63,993 bases of DNA, filler included, from Lama guanicoe (GCA_013239625.1; 76 parts of 73 records of this genome joined end to end with filler, not necessarily neighbours in it); one strand, 5' to 3'. Positions 1-12,190 are shown, counted from the whole stretch's first letter. Translations and numbers: made by a program. Notes: generated by a model from the sequence alone, not told the origin.

Positions 1-199
1 ATCTCAGTGCCTGAAAATGCATGCTTTCCACTCAGCGCCATGGAGGCCTAACCATCCTTAACATGACCGCGGTCCTCTGCCTTCCAGAGTGGCCATGGCA
101 TCGTGGGTCTCTAGGAGCCGCTGCAATAGGCCAAGAACCCCTTCTCTCCAACAGCCATTCCTTCTGATCAGAGCCAACCGCACCCACCTACACCACATT

Positions 200-246
200 T
201 GGGGCCGTGGATGGGATATCCAATGGGGCCGTGGATGGGATATCCA
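200..246 (+). repeat. 24-bp-period tandem duplication TGGGGCCGTGGATGGGATATCCA x2
   Basis: Copies at 200-222 and 224-246. Confidence 0.9.
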
Positions 247-548
247 CCAAGTCACCCTGCCGCCCAACGCCTCCACAGGATAGGGGGAGCTGGAGGCAAT
301 ACTCACTGCCTATGTCAACCAGGAAAGCATTGACATCAAAGCTCACACCACGCTGAACCTGGCTCCAGGGCACATCCAGCCTCTATTCAACCTGTGTCTC
401 GGTGCCACTGCAATCCAGAAGCCTCGTCCTGGCAGCTGTGCCTAAACGCCTGCGCAGGGCAGGTGAAACGCCCAGGGGAGAAGTGGTGGGGAGCCTCCCT
501 GAACCAGGGCCAAACCCCATGGATGCCAGGGCACTCACGTCACCACCA

Positions 549-648
549 NNNNNNNNNNNNNNNNNNNNNNNNNNNNNNNNNNNNNNNNNNNNTTAATTAA
601 TTAANNNNNNNNNNNNNNNNNNNNNNNNNNNNNNNNNNNNNNNNNNNN
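549..648. other. Artificial scaffold-joining spacer N44-TTAATTAATTAA-N44 (first of dozens of identical copies across the window)
   Basis: Identical 12-mer with stops in all six frames, centred in a 100-bp N block, recurring every ~0.5-1.5 kb between unrelated sequences. Confidence 0.97.
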
Positions 649-2040
649 AACCTTGGATTCACTTGTGCAAGTGGTGCCCTTTACTCCCAATGACACCAAC
701 TGGATAATGATGGCATTTCAAGGGGTAACATCCCTCTCTTGGAAAATACAAGAGAAAACAAACCAAATATATACATTTAGGTTTGAATGCAAAATCACCT
801 AGAAGCATTGTAGCTATGAGAACCCTGCTGCAGCCNNNNNNNNNNNNNNNNNNNNNNNNNNNNNNNNNNNNNNNNNNNNNNNNNNNNNNNNNNNNNNNNN
901 NNNNNNNNNNNNNNNNNNNNNNNNNNNNNNNNNNNNNNNNNNNNNNNNNNNNNNNNNNNNNNNNTCTGTATCTTTCATTGGCGACTTTTACTGTTCAGTT
1001 CCCTATCTGACTTTTAATATTTACCTATAATGTCTTGAAAAATGGAGGCCTAATACATATTCAAGTTCAGTCAATTATTCCCCTCACTTACCAAACTCCA
1101 TTCACCCCAGAGAAGGCATAAACCCAGCATTTGCTGAATCTAGCAGAAGGCTATCGTTTCTTTGTGTGAGCAAAGTATTCAATTCCTATCTATTGCAGTC
1201 GAGACTATTTGACCTTTAAGGTGTTCACTGATGTTCACAGAGTGTGAAGCTGGAGGAACTCTTATTGTAGGAGGGGCTTGCTCTTTTCGTGCTGGCTTCA
1301 TAGCAGCTCAGTTAGTGATCCTTCAAAATGGATGACTGAGTGGAATGGGGGGAAGAGCAAGTGCTTCATAGCTAGGCCCAAACCTGGGAAAAGGCTTACC
1401 TGGGCTTGCTGCACTTTGGTATGAATGGCTTGGAAATGCCCCTTGGGATGTGTGGATTCTCAAGACCTCTTCCAAGAACTTCAGCGTTTCGATCACCTCT
1501 GCCATCTCTNNNNNNNNNNNNNNNNNNNNNNNNNNNNNNNNNNNNNNNNNNNNNNNNNNNNNNNNNNNNNNNNNNNNNNNNNNNNNNNNNNNNNNNNNNN
1601 NNNNNNNNNNNNNNNNNNNNNNNNNNNNNNNNNNNNNNNNNNNNNNNNNNNNNNNNNNNNNNNNNNNNNNNNNNNNNNNNNNNNNNNNNNNNNNNNNNNN
1701 NNNNNNNNNNNNNNNNNNNNNNNNNNNNNNNNNNNNNNNNNNNNNNNNNNNNNNNNNNNNNNNNNNNNNNNNNNNNNNNNNNNNNNNNNNNNNNNNNNNN
1801 NNNNNNNNNNNNNNNNNNNNNNNNNNNNNNNNNNNNNNNNNNNNNNNNNNNNNNNNNNNNNNNNNNNNNNNNNNNNNNNNNNNNNNNNNNNNNNNNNNNN
1901 NNNNNNNNNNNNNNNNNNNNNNNNNNNNNNNNNNNNNNNNNNNNNNNNNNNNNNNNNNNNNNNNNNCACAGAGGGCCACCTCCAACACACAGATCCACCC
2001 TCAGAACTCTGCCCGGTTACCTAGGATCCACCGGCCACAG
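649..2040 (-). pseudogene. Fragment of an unidentified multi-exon multicopy gene, probably disrupted (exon pieces about 2021-2040, 1400-1509, 1092-1139, 649-737)
   Basis: Minus-strand donors CTAG|GTAACC (2020), CCAG|GTAAGC (1399) and TTTG|GTAAGT (1091); acceptors ctgctag| (1140) and polypyrimidine-ccaag| (738); paralogous intron and exon at 45047-45556. Confidence 0.45.
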
Positions 2041-2140
2041 NNNNNNNNNNNNNNNNNNNNNNNNNNNNNNNNNNNNNNNNNNNNTTAATTAATTAANNNN
2101 NNNNNNNNNNNNNNNNNNNNNNNNNNNNNNNNNNNNNNNN

Positions 2141-2635
2141 GTTTGGGAAACCTCCCCAAACTCAGAATTCCAGAGCAATACTTCGTGTGCGTGCTGGATG
2201 TAGGGAAAGAGTCAAAGCATTTTTCAGGGGGCACATTTATTCCATGGTTGTGGGTTGTAGGTTAAAAACCCACATCCCATGGATAGGCTCTCGCTAATAC
2301 TTGGTTAGAGCCCAACCCCCTCTTTCCCCCTCTCTCCAGCCTAGGCATGACATCAGGGAAGACAAGCTAAGGGATTCTATAAGAACCCAGGCGCTGCTGT
2401 AATTTGGAGGAGCCTCCCCACAATCAGGATACCTGAGCACACGTCTCCGTGTGTGTGCTGGAGGTGGGGAAACAGATTCCACGCATCTTTATGGGGCACA
2501 GGTGTTCCAAGGTTGGGGAAGTTGTTTAAAACCCTCCTCTGCCTCCAGAGATGCCCTCGCTAATACTTGGTTTTAGAGCCCATCCACCACCATTGCTTAC
2601 TGCTAAGCCTAGGAAAACACTTTGGGAAGTCAAGC
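2141..2635 (+). repeat. Satellite family C (~266-bp diverged monomers, higher-order organised)
   Basis: GCTAATACTTGG at 2293 and 2559; motifs AAGCTAAGGGATTCTA, GAGCCCAACCC and CCTCCCCACACTCAGGAT shared with other scaffolds. Confidence 0.9.
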
Positions 2636-2735
2636 NNNNNNNNNNNNNNNNNNNNNNNNNNNNNNNNNNNNNNNNNNNNTTAATTAATTAANNNNNNNNN
2701 NNNNNNNNNNNNNNNNNNNNNNNNNNNNNNNNNNN

Positions 2736-3578
2736 AACATTTAATTTCTTTTTCTTGCCTGATCGTTGTGGCTAGGAATTCCAAATTATATTGAATTGAA
2801 ATTGTGAGAATGGGCAACCTTGTCTTGTCTCAGGATTTTGTCGGAAGGTTTCAGTTTTTCAAAATTGAGTATTTTGCTGGCTATATATTTGTCATAATTA
2901 GCTTTTATTACGTTGAGATATGGTCCCTCTATTCCCATTGTGATAAGAACTTTTATTGCAAATAGGTGTTAAATTTTATCAAATGATTTCTCTGCATCTA
3001 CTGAGATGATCATGTGGTTTTTTGTCCTCTCTGTTGTTGATATGGTTTATCACAATTGATTGATTGATTTACGTATGATAAACCATCCTTTTGTTCCTGG
3101 GATGAACCAAACTTGACTATGGTGCATGATCTTTTTTCAAATGCTGTTGGATTCTGTATGTAATAATTTCTTAAGGACAGTTACATTTATGTTTATCAAT
3201 GATAATTGCCTATAGATTTCTCTTGGGGCAGTGTCTTTGTTTCGTTTTGGTATCAGATTGAAGTTTGATTTACAGTGTGAGTTTGGGAATACTCTCTCTA
3301 TATCAATCTTTTGGAAGAGTTTGAGGAGCACTGATATGTATTATTCTTTGTATGTTTGGTCAAATTCCGAAGTGAAGCTATTTGGGTCTGAATTTGTTTG
3401 CAGAATGTTTGCAGAGATTTTTTATTTTATTGATAATTCTATTCGATTTCTGGAGATCAGACTGTTCTAATGGTTAATTTCTTCTTGATGAAATATAGGT
3501 GGGCTGAATATTTCCAAAAATTTCTCCAATATTTCCTGGTTATCCAGTTATTTTCTTACATTTGCTCATGGTATTCAC
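2736..3578 (-). mobile_element. LINE-1 ORF2 (RT region) fragment, degenerate
   Basis: Minus-strand translation LLKLFQKIDIERVFPNS..IPK..KDT...YRQLSLINI matches L1 ORF2; stops and frameshifts present. Confidence 0.92.
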
Positions 3579-3678
3579 NNNNNNNNNNNNNNNNNNNNNN
3601 NNNNNNNNNNNNNNNNNNNNNNTTAATTAATTAANNNNNNNNNNNNNNNNNNNNNNNNNNNNNNNNNNNNNNNNNNNN

Positions 3679-4756
3679 TCAAACCGGCACTAGGAAACAG
3701 ACTGAGAAACTAGAGTAAGTGTTTCTCGTGCAGCCTGTTCCCTTTGTGCTAGATGAGCGAACGTCTCTCCACATGCTCAGTTTTGAGAGTTAGGCGTGTG
3801 TGAAAGCCATCATTCACCTAGATGTTGGGAACACAAAATTTCTCTTAAGTTGCAGATTCCTCTCCATACATATGTATGGGGAGGTACAAGCTCCAACTCG
3901 GTTTTACAGTGAAAACTGCAGGAACATCAAACCGGCATTAGGAAACAGACTAAGAATCCAGAGTAAGTGTTTCTCCTGCAACCTGTTCCATTTGTGCTAG
4001 ATGAACGAACGTCTCTCCACATGCTCAGTTTTGAGAGTTAAGCATGTGTGAAAGCCGTCCTTCACCGAGCTTGTTGGGAACACAAAGTTTCTCTTCAGTT
4101 GCAAACTCCACTCCATACATACATGTGGGGAGTTACAAGCTCAAACTCGGTTTTACAGTGAAAACGGCAGGAGCTTCAAACCGGCACTAGGAAACAGACT
4201 GAGAAACCAGAGTAAGTGTTTCTCCTGCAACCTGTTCCCTTTGTGCTAGATGAACGAATGTCTCTCCACATTCTAAGTTTTGAGAGTTAAGCGTGTNNNN
4301 NNNNNNNNNNNNNNNNNNNNNNNNNNNNNNNNNNNNNNNNNNNNNNNNNNNNNNNNNNNNNNNNNNNNNNNNNNNNNNNNNNNNNNNNNNNNNNNNNNNN
4401 NNNNNNNNNNNNNNNNNNNNNNNNNNNNNNAGACTGAGAAACCAGAGTAAGTGTTTCTCCTGCAACCTGTTCCCTTTGTGCTAGATGAACGAATGTCTCT
4501 CCACATTCTAAGTTTTGAGAGTTAAGCGTGTGTGAAAGCCGTCCTTCACCTAGCTTGTTGGGAACCCAAAGTTTCTCTTCAGTTGCAGAATCCACTCCGC
4601 ACATATGTATGGGGTGGTACAAGCTCAAACTCTGTTTTACAGTGAAAACCGTAGGAACTTCAAACCGGCAATAGGAAACAGGCTGAGAAACCAAAGTAAG
4701 TGTTTCCCCTGCAAGCTGTTCCCTTTGTGCTAGATGAAGGAACGTCTCTCCACATG
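3679..4756 (+). repeat. Satellite family A, ~249-bp monomer
   Basis: TCAAACCGGC at 3679, 3927, 4176 and 4660; high monomer identity. Confidence 0.95.
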
Positions 4757-5486
4757 NNNNNNNNNNNNNNNNNNNNNNNNNNNNNNNNNNNNNNNNNNNN
4801 TTAATTAATTAANNNNNNNNNNNNNNNNNNNNNNNNNNNNNNNNNNNNNNNNNNNNACATATAATATACCTCTCCCTGATCAGAAGAAAATTTGGTGGCT
4901 CAATGGAACTCTTAATTCAGAGAGATTCTGCCAGAAGCAGAATAATAATTTAATGATGACTCAACTAAGATTAACTTAGTTACTGCTTAACAATCCATTT
5001 TGACACACACACACAGTGGTAGACAGATTTGTACTATTTAGTGGGAAGAGTTCTGTGGGCAGAGCTCAGAGAATAGTTTTCAAAGCACCAGCCAAATTTT
5101 ATTGTAGTTTTGCCAATATTCTAGCTTTTCCAAGGTAGAAAACTATAGATGGACAAGGAAATAATATTCTTCCTTAGAATTTCTGATTTTGAAAGTAAAC
5201 TGTAGCTTTTGACTTATCAGAATAGAACCTTGTTCAGATGATCAAGGTAAGACCCACAATCTGATAAGAGAGCTGGAATATAGTTGCTGAACCAGCCCAT
5301 CTGAACCCAGGACTGCTAATGTAAGCAACAACATAGCCACCATCAGAGTTGTGCTGACAAACTGAAAAGCTGGATGTTTCTGTTGTAGGAATAACCACTG
5401 CTGTCCAGGCACAGCTCTCCTGCTGCAAGTGGTCTCTTTTCTTCTCTTGGTAAAGGACATATTGGCGGAATGTTACAAGAGCTTAC

Positions 5487-5582
5487 CCTGGCCCATTTGC
5501 CCTTTCTCCTGATTATCAAAGGCTTTCTTCACCACTGGTGACATATTTTCAGGACACAATGTTGCCATTACATTCTTATCAG
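5487..5582 (-). other. Possible coding exon 3' part (DKNVMATLCPENMSPVVKKAFDNQEKRANGP), gene not recognised
   Basis: Open frame ending at the donor CAGG|GTAAGC. Confidence 0.3.
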
Positions 5583-5682
5583 NNNNNNNNNNNNNNNNNN
5601 NNNNNNNNNNNNNNNNNNNNNNNNNNTTAATTAATTAANNNNNNNNNNNNNNNNNNNNNNNNNNNNNNNNNNNNNNNNNNNN

Positions 5683-6431
5683 GAATCCTGAGAGTCGGGG
5701 GGTTCCACCAACGGTCGGCAGCGTGTGAGTTCTAACGGATTGACTAAGCTCGTCCCCCCTGAGTGTTTTGCTAAGTTCTGGCTGCCAGTGAAAGCTCGGG
5801 ATCTGCGCTGGAATGCCCAGGTTCAGCAGCAGTTAACTCAAGGTTTGAGAAGGTATTTCTCCGAATTCCCCCGAACAGGGAACACTTGTGAATGAAGTGA
5901 GATTCATGGAGATGTCTCTCGAGCTCCCCCACGCACTGATTATGGTTCCAGAATCCTGAGGATGGGGAGGTTCCTCCAACGGTCGGCAGCGCGTGAGTTG
6001 TAACGGATTGCATAAACTCGTCCCCCTGACTGTTTTCCTAATGTCTGGCTGCCAGGGAATGTTAGGGACCTGCGCTGCAATTCCCAGGGTCAGCGGCTGC
6101 AACCCCAAGGTCAAGGAATTTATTTCTCTGACTTCCCACGAACAGGGAACACCTGTGACAGAAGAGAGCTGCGTGGAGTTGTCTCTNNNNNNNNNNNNNN
6201 NNNNNNNNNNNNNNNNNNNNNNNNNNNNNNNNNNNNNNNNNNNNNNNNNNNNNNNNNNNNNNNNNNNNNNNNNNNNNNNNNNNNNNNNNNNNNNNNNNNN
6301 NNNNNNNNNNNNNNNNNNNNNNNNNNNNNNNNNNNNNNNNNNNNNNNNNNNNNNNNNNNNTAAGTTAGGGAATTTATTTCTCGGACTTCCCTCGAACCGG
6401 GAACACCTGTGACTGAAGAGAGCTGCGTGGA
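5683..6431 (-). repeat. Satellite family B (267-bp monomer), reverse orientation
   Basis: Reverse complement of 6532-7368 motifs such as GAATCCTGAG and GAGAGCTGCGTGGAG. Confidence 0.93.
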
Positions 6432-6531
6432 NNNNNNNNNNNNNNNNNNNNNNNNNNNNNNNNNNNNNNNNNNNNTTAATTAATTAANNNNNNNNNNNNN
6501 NNNNNNNNNNNNNNNNNNNNNNNNNNNNNNN

Positions 6532-7368
6532 AATACTTTCCTGACCTTGGGGAGGCAGAATCTGCCACTGGGACTTCCTTTAATACACCCCAGCATTCCC
6601 TGGCACAGAGATATTAGGAAAACCCTCAGGGGAGACGAGCTTAGACATTCCGTTGGATCCCACGTGCTGCGGACCGTTGGTGGAACCTCCCCACGCTCAG
6701 GATTCCGGAACCATTGTCAGTGCGTGGGGGAGCTCGAGAGACAACTCCACGCAGCTCTCTTAAGTCCGAGAAATAACTTCCCTGCCTTTGGGGAGGCCGC
6801 CTCTTTCACTGGAACTTACTGCAAACCCCCCTAGCATTCCCTGGCAAAGAGACATTAGGAAAACCCTCAGGGGAGACGAGCTTTGCAATTCCGTTAGAAC
6901 CCACATGCTGCCGACCGATGGTGGAACCTCCCCACGCTCAGGATTCCGGTGCCATTCTCAGTGCGTCGGGGAGCTCGAGAGACAACTCCACGCAGCTCTC
7001 TTCGGTCACATTTGTTCCCTGTTCGGGGAAGTCGGAGAAATAACTTCCCTGGCCTTAGGGAGGCAGCCTCTGTCACTGGGACTTCCTGCAAACACCCCTA
7101 GCATTCCCTGGCACAGAGACATTGGGAAAACCCTCAGGGGAGACGAGCTTTGCAATTCCGTTAGAACCCACATGCTGCCGACCGATGGTGGAACCTCCCC
7201 ACGCTCAGGATTCCGGTGCCATTCTCAGTGCGTCGGGGAGCTCGAGAGACAACTCCACGCAGCTCTCTTCGGTCACATTTGTTCCCTGTTCGGGGAAGTC
7301 GGAGAAATAACTTCCCTGGCCTTAGGGAGGCAGCCTCTGTCACTGGGACTTCCTGCAAACACCCCTAG
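6532..7368 (+). repeat. Satellite family B, 267-bp monomer
   Basis: Near-perfect duplication offset by 267 (identical ORFs at 6894 and 7161); first monomer is 241 bp owing to a 26-bp deletion. Confidence 0.96.
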
Positions 7369-7468
7369 NNNNNNNNNNNNNNNNNNNNNNNNNNNNNNNN
7401 NNNNNNNNNNNNTTAATTAATTAANNNNNNNNNNNNNNNNNNNNNNNNNNNNNNNNNNNNNNNNNNNN

Positions 7469-8398
7469 CAGAACACAGAATATAGAATATAGAATACAGA
7501 ATATAGAACCCAGAATACAATCATGGAATTCAGAACACAGAATATATTATATAGAATACAGAAATAGAATGTGGAATATAGAATGTAGAACACAGTATAT
7601 AGAATATAGAATACAGGATATAGAATGTAGGATTCAGAATGTAGAACTCAGAATATGAATATAGAATACAGAATAAAACACAGAATTTAGAACATGGAAT
7701 TCAGGACGCAGAGTTTAGAATATAGGTTAAAATATACATAAAATATAATGTAGAATACAGAATACATAATACATAATATAGAATATAGAATACAGAATGC
7801 AGAAACCAGAATTAACGACTAGGAATTCAGAACACAGGATATAGATTACAGTATAAAGTAATAAAATGTAGAAATTAGAATGCAGAACACAGAGTATAAA
7901 AAATAGATTTCTGAATACATCACCCAGAATATAAAACATTGAATGCAGAACTCAGAATATAGAATATAGAATTCAGAATATAGAATGTAGAATACAGAAT
8001 GTAGAACACAGAATATAGAATATAGGATAAAGAACCCAAAATTTAGAACATGGAATGCAGAACACTGATTATAGAATTTAGAATACTGAACAGAGAACAC
8101 AAAATTTAGGCATGAAATGCAGAAGACAGAATATAGAATATAGATTTCAGATTATAGAATGTAGAATATAGAATATAGAACACAGAATACAGAATATAGA
8201 ATACAGAATGCAGAACCCAGAATTTGGAACATGGAATGCAGAACACAGAATATGTAATACAGAATTCAGAATATAGAATGTTGAATATAGAATTAGAACA
8301 CAGAATATAATATGCAGACTACAGAAACCAGAATTAAGAAGATGGAAAGCAGAACAAAGAATTTATAAGCAGAATACAGAATATACAATATAAAATGT
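7469..8398 (-). repeat. AGAATAT-heptamer satellite (family D)
   Basis: Iterated AGAATAT, AGAACAC, AGAATTT and GGAATGC heptamers. Confidence 0.95.
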
Positions 8399-8906
8399 NN
8401 NNNNNNNNNNNNNNNNNNNNNNNNNNNNNNNNNNNNNNNNNNTTAATTAATTAANNNNNNNNNNNNNNNNNNNNNNNNNNNNNNNNNNNNNNNNNNNNAT
8501 TCATTTAATTATTTAACTATTTAACTACTAACTTTTTGGCTGTGCAAAAGTTCGCTGGGAAGTCATCTTGGGAAATGACTGTGGATTTATCACAAAATAA
8601 ATCAGGTGGTAGCTTACATTATACCCGGTGTTCCATATGTATTATCTTTCATTGAACAAAATAAAATCACCTGGCACCAGTCATGCAGCTGTTTCTATAT
8701 GAGATTTTTTCTCTGTATGTATTAATTTCTAAAGACCACGTGAAACAGGGAGCTTTGACCTGACAGCTTAGCAATACTCTTCCACTGACTTGCCCCAGAG
8801 CTGTGANNNNNNNNNNNNNNNNNNNNNNNNNNNNNNNNNNNNNNNNNNNNTTAATTAATTAANNNNNNNNNNNNNNNNNNNNNNNNNNNNNNNNNNNNNN
8901 NNNNNN

Positions 8907-9714
8907 ACACTCAGGATAGCAGAAAACTTCTTCATGAGTGTTCTGTTGGTGGGGACACAGAGTCCATGCTTTTTTCAAGGAAGATAGGTATTCCCATGTT
9001 GTGGGGTTTTGGTAAATAACCTCCAAATCCCATGGAGAAGCACTCGTTAATACTTGGATTTAGAGCCCAACCCACACTTTCCCCAGCACTCCGTATCAGG
9101 CAACCAAACGGGGTAGACAAGTTAAGCAATTTCATAAGAACCAAGGACCTGCTCTCAGTTGGAGGCGCCTGCCCACTCTCAGGAAAACTGTGCAAGTGTT
9201 CGTGTGTGTGCTGGTGGAGGGAAACAGAGTCCACACATCTTTATGGGGCACAGGTGTTCCCAGGTTGGGAATGTATTTAAACACTTCCACTGCTCATAGA
9301 GAGGCACTCGCTATTACTTTGATAGCCCACATTAGATCAAAGCCTATCCTATGTAAACACTCAGGGAGCACAAGCTAAGGGATTCTAATAGAACCCAGGT
9401 GCTGCTGTCATTTGGAATAGCCTCCCCATGCTCAGGATTCCAGAAAGCTTCTTCGTGTGTGTGCTGTTGGTGGAGAAACAGTGTCCACGCATATTCGAGG
9501 GGGCAAAGGTATTCCCTTGTTGGGAGGGTTGTTGGTTAAACACCTCAACTTCCCTTGGAGAGGCACTCACTAATACTTGGATTTAGAGCCCAAATCCCAC
9601 TTTGAACCGCACTCCAGCTTATGCAATCCAGCAGGGAAAAGAAGCTTAAAGATTCTACTAGAACCTTGGCACTGCTCTCAGTTGGAGGAACTTTCCCACT
9701 CTCAGAATTCCGGA
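8907..9714 (+). repeat. Satellite family C
   Basis: Same monomer motifs (TAATACTTGGATTTAGAGCCCAA) as 2141-2635. Confidence 0.9.
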
Positions 9715-9814
9715 NNNNNNNNNNNNNNNNNNNNNNNNNNNNNNNNNNNNNNNNNNNNTTAATTAATTAANNNNNNNNNNNNNNNNNNNNNNNNNNNNNN
9801 NNNNNNNNNNNNNN

Positions 9815-10400
9815 GGGGGTGGGGAACGCGGGCTGCAGCCCTTTTCGGAGGCCAGCCCCAGCCGCCGGCCCCCGTTCGGGTCCGCAGACCCCGCCCACCC
9901 GGGACACAGCCTACTCAGTGATGCGGACAGGTAGGCAGCCAAGGAGAGGAAGCCCGGGAGGAGAGGACTCGAGGGCTGGAGAGGGGACGCGGTCGCCATC
10001 CGCGGACTGAGGGGAGCCCGGCTGGGCCAAGAAGCGGCAGGGGCACACCTGGCCTTGGACAGCTGTGGCCGGGGCGCCGGGGCAGGACAGAGGGGACTGG
10101 CCCGAGGAATTCAGCTGAAAACACGCTGACTGGCGCCCTGGGGGGCTGTGACACGCCGACCGCCCTCCCGCAGCCGCCTGAGCCCTTTCCCGAGATCCCC
10201 CCACCTTGCACTTCCACAGCCAGAATCACCGGCCCCAGGCAGGAGCCAAAGGCCTACAGGGCGACAGAGCTAAGAAGCCTTTGGGGCCGATCCCGGCTCG
10301 GAGCTGGAGCTTCCAACTCGCCGTCCAGCTGGCAGCGACTACTCATGCTCGGGAGGGCCAGCGATCCGCTCTGGGTCCTGAGAGAGAAGGTGGGGAACCG
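9815..10400 (-). promoter_or_regulatory. CpG-rich duplicated promoter/first-exon segment, copy 1 (more decayed)
   Basis: Colinear homology with 14144-14628; splice donor decayed to CCT|GTAGGC and NRF1 motif lost. Confidence 0.55.
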
Positions 10401-11199
10401 AGGGAGGGAAGATATGGGAGGGGGAGGGGAGGAGGGGAAAAGTGGAGGGAGACAGATGGACAGGAGGCACAGAGAGAAGGCAGGTATCTGGAGTTGGGAG
10501 GGGAGTAGCAGAGATGGGGAGAAAGCGTTTGACCTCTGGGGGCACCGCAAAGGAGGCAGCAGTCTTGCCTACGCACCCTTCTTAAACCCTCAATGTCCAC
10601 AGCTCATATTTTACGTCCCTGGCCCAGCCCTCCAGCTANNNNNNNNNNNNNNNNNNNNNNNNNNNNNNNNNNNNNNNNNNNNTTAATTAATTAANNNNNN
10701 NNNNNNNNNNNNNNNNNNNNNNNNNNNNNNNNNNNNNNGTCTATTTCTAGCAGCACCGATTTTGCTAGCAATATATGCTGGTTGGCTGCTTTCATTTTCA
10801 GTAATTCCATCTTATGTGTGGGCGTTTTTCTTCTGGTGGGCCTGTCTGTGGTTTGCACACGTGATAATAGAGATCTGTATTTGGGAGAACTCCAGGCCTC
10901 ATGTAGTCCCTCGTATGAAGCGCCCACTGAACTGATGCTTGAACTTGGAAGAAAACAGTAAAAGTTGGAATTTCCACTATGGTTGAGACTTCCAGGTTTC
11001 TATAACCTGTTTAGCCCACCTAAATTTTGGCTGCACCCATGCTGGATAATTTGGTGGAACTTCATGGTATGGTGGTATAGAGACAGGGCCTTGTATGCAT
11101 CTTCTCTTTCTTTTTTCTAACAGTCATTCTCCTGGGCCTTCCAGGTACTCCCCCAGAAGGGCCCAGGGCTGGCTTGGTGCTGCACTGAGGCAATATTTG

Positions 11200-11290
11200 T
11201 TAATAAGTCCCTTTCCTCATCTCTTCTGAGCCTCCATTTCCTTCTCTGCACAATGAGGGCTTAGACTAGATAAGTGCTTTTCAGTTTCTT
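11200..11290 (+). mobile_element. MIR SINE core fragment
   Basis: ctctgagcctc..tttcct..ctg..aatgaggg-like MIR core. Confidence 0.55.
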
Positions 11291-12190
11291 TTAAAGCCAT
11301 GTTTCCTTTGAGAAACAGAAAATTCAAATNNNNNNNNNNNNNNNNNNNNNNNNNNNNNNNNNNNNNNNNNNNNNNNNNNNNNNNNNNNNNNNNNNNNNNN
11401 NNNNNNNNNNNNNNNNNNNNNNNNNNNNNNNNNNNNNNNNNNNNNNNNNNNNNNNNNNNNNNNNNNNNNNNNNNNNNNNNNNNNNNNNNNNNNNNNNNNN
11501 NNNNNNNNNNNNNNNNNNNNNNNNNNNNNNNNNNNNNNNNNNNNNNNNNNNNNNNNNNNNNNNNNNNNNNNNNNNNNNNNNNNNNNNCCCTAGTTTCTTA
11601 ATGTGTCAAGTTGGGGTGATAATATTTTAAGGTTTTTGTGAAACATTATACACATAAGCCATTTGTGTCTCGGTAGATACAAGACCTGCTAGAGAGTCGG
11701 AATTTCTTCAAAAGTACATATATATTGTCCACAGCACTCTGTGTGTATTTTGAATTTCCTGGAGGATGAGGGTTTAGTGTAATGTCCATCATGGGACAGG
11801 TGGCCCATGGGTCTGTGTGCCTCANNNNNNNNNNNNNNNNNNNNNNNNNNNNNNNNNNNNNNNNNNNNTTAATTAATTAANNNNNNNNNNNNNNNNNNNN
11901 NNNNNNNNNNNNNNNNNNNNNNNNAGGCTGATCCTAAATGAAAAAAATTTCCTTGGCTTCCAGAATAGACAACATGCATGATTCCCTTAGCAGAAGAGTG
12001 AGGAGGAGAGAAAACTGAATGTGTGTACAAACCATCCTTCACCAACCCTGTTGGAACACAGAATTTTGGTGTAAGGGGCACTGCCTGACCTATAAATATA
12101 AGAGAAGGAACAAGCTCTAATAAGGTTTTTGAGNNNNNNNNNNNNNNNNNNNNNNNNNNNNNNNNNNNNNNNNNNNNNNNNNNNNNNNNN

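Noticed and set aside
1323..2092. Long ORFs spanning N runs (also near 21676, 22673, 29361 and elsewhere)
   Set aside because: Their length comes from untranslatable gaps
6547..7420. 210-aa ORF with an 89-aa internal repeat
   Set aside because: Arises because the 267-bp satellite monomer is divisible by 3
9819..10686. Overlapping GC-rich ORFs on both strands
   Set aside because: Expected from stop-poor CpG-island sequence; frames are not conserved with the paralog at 14144-14628
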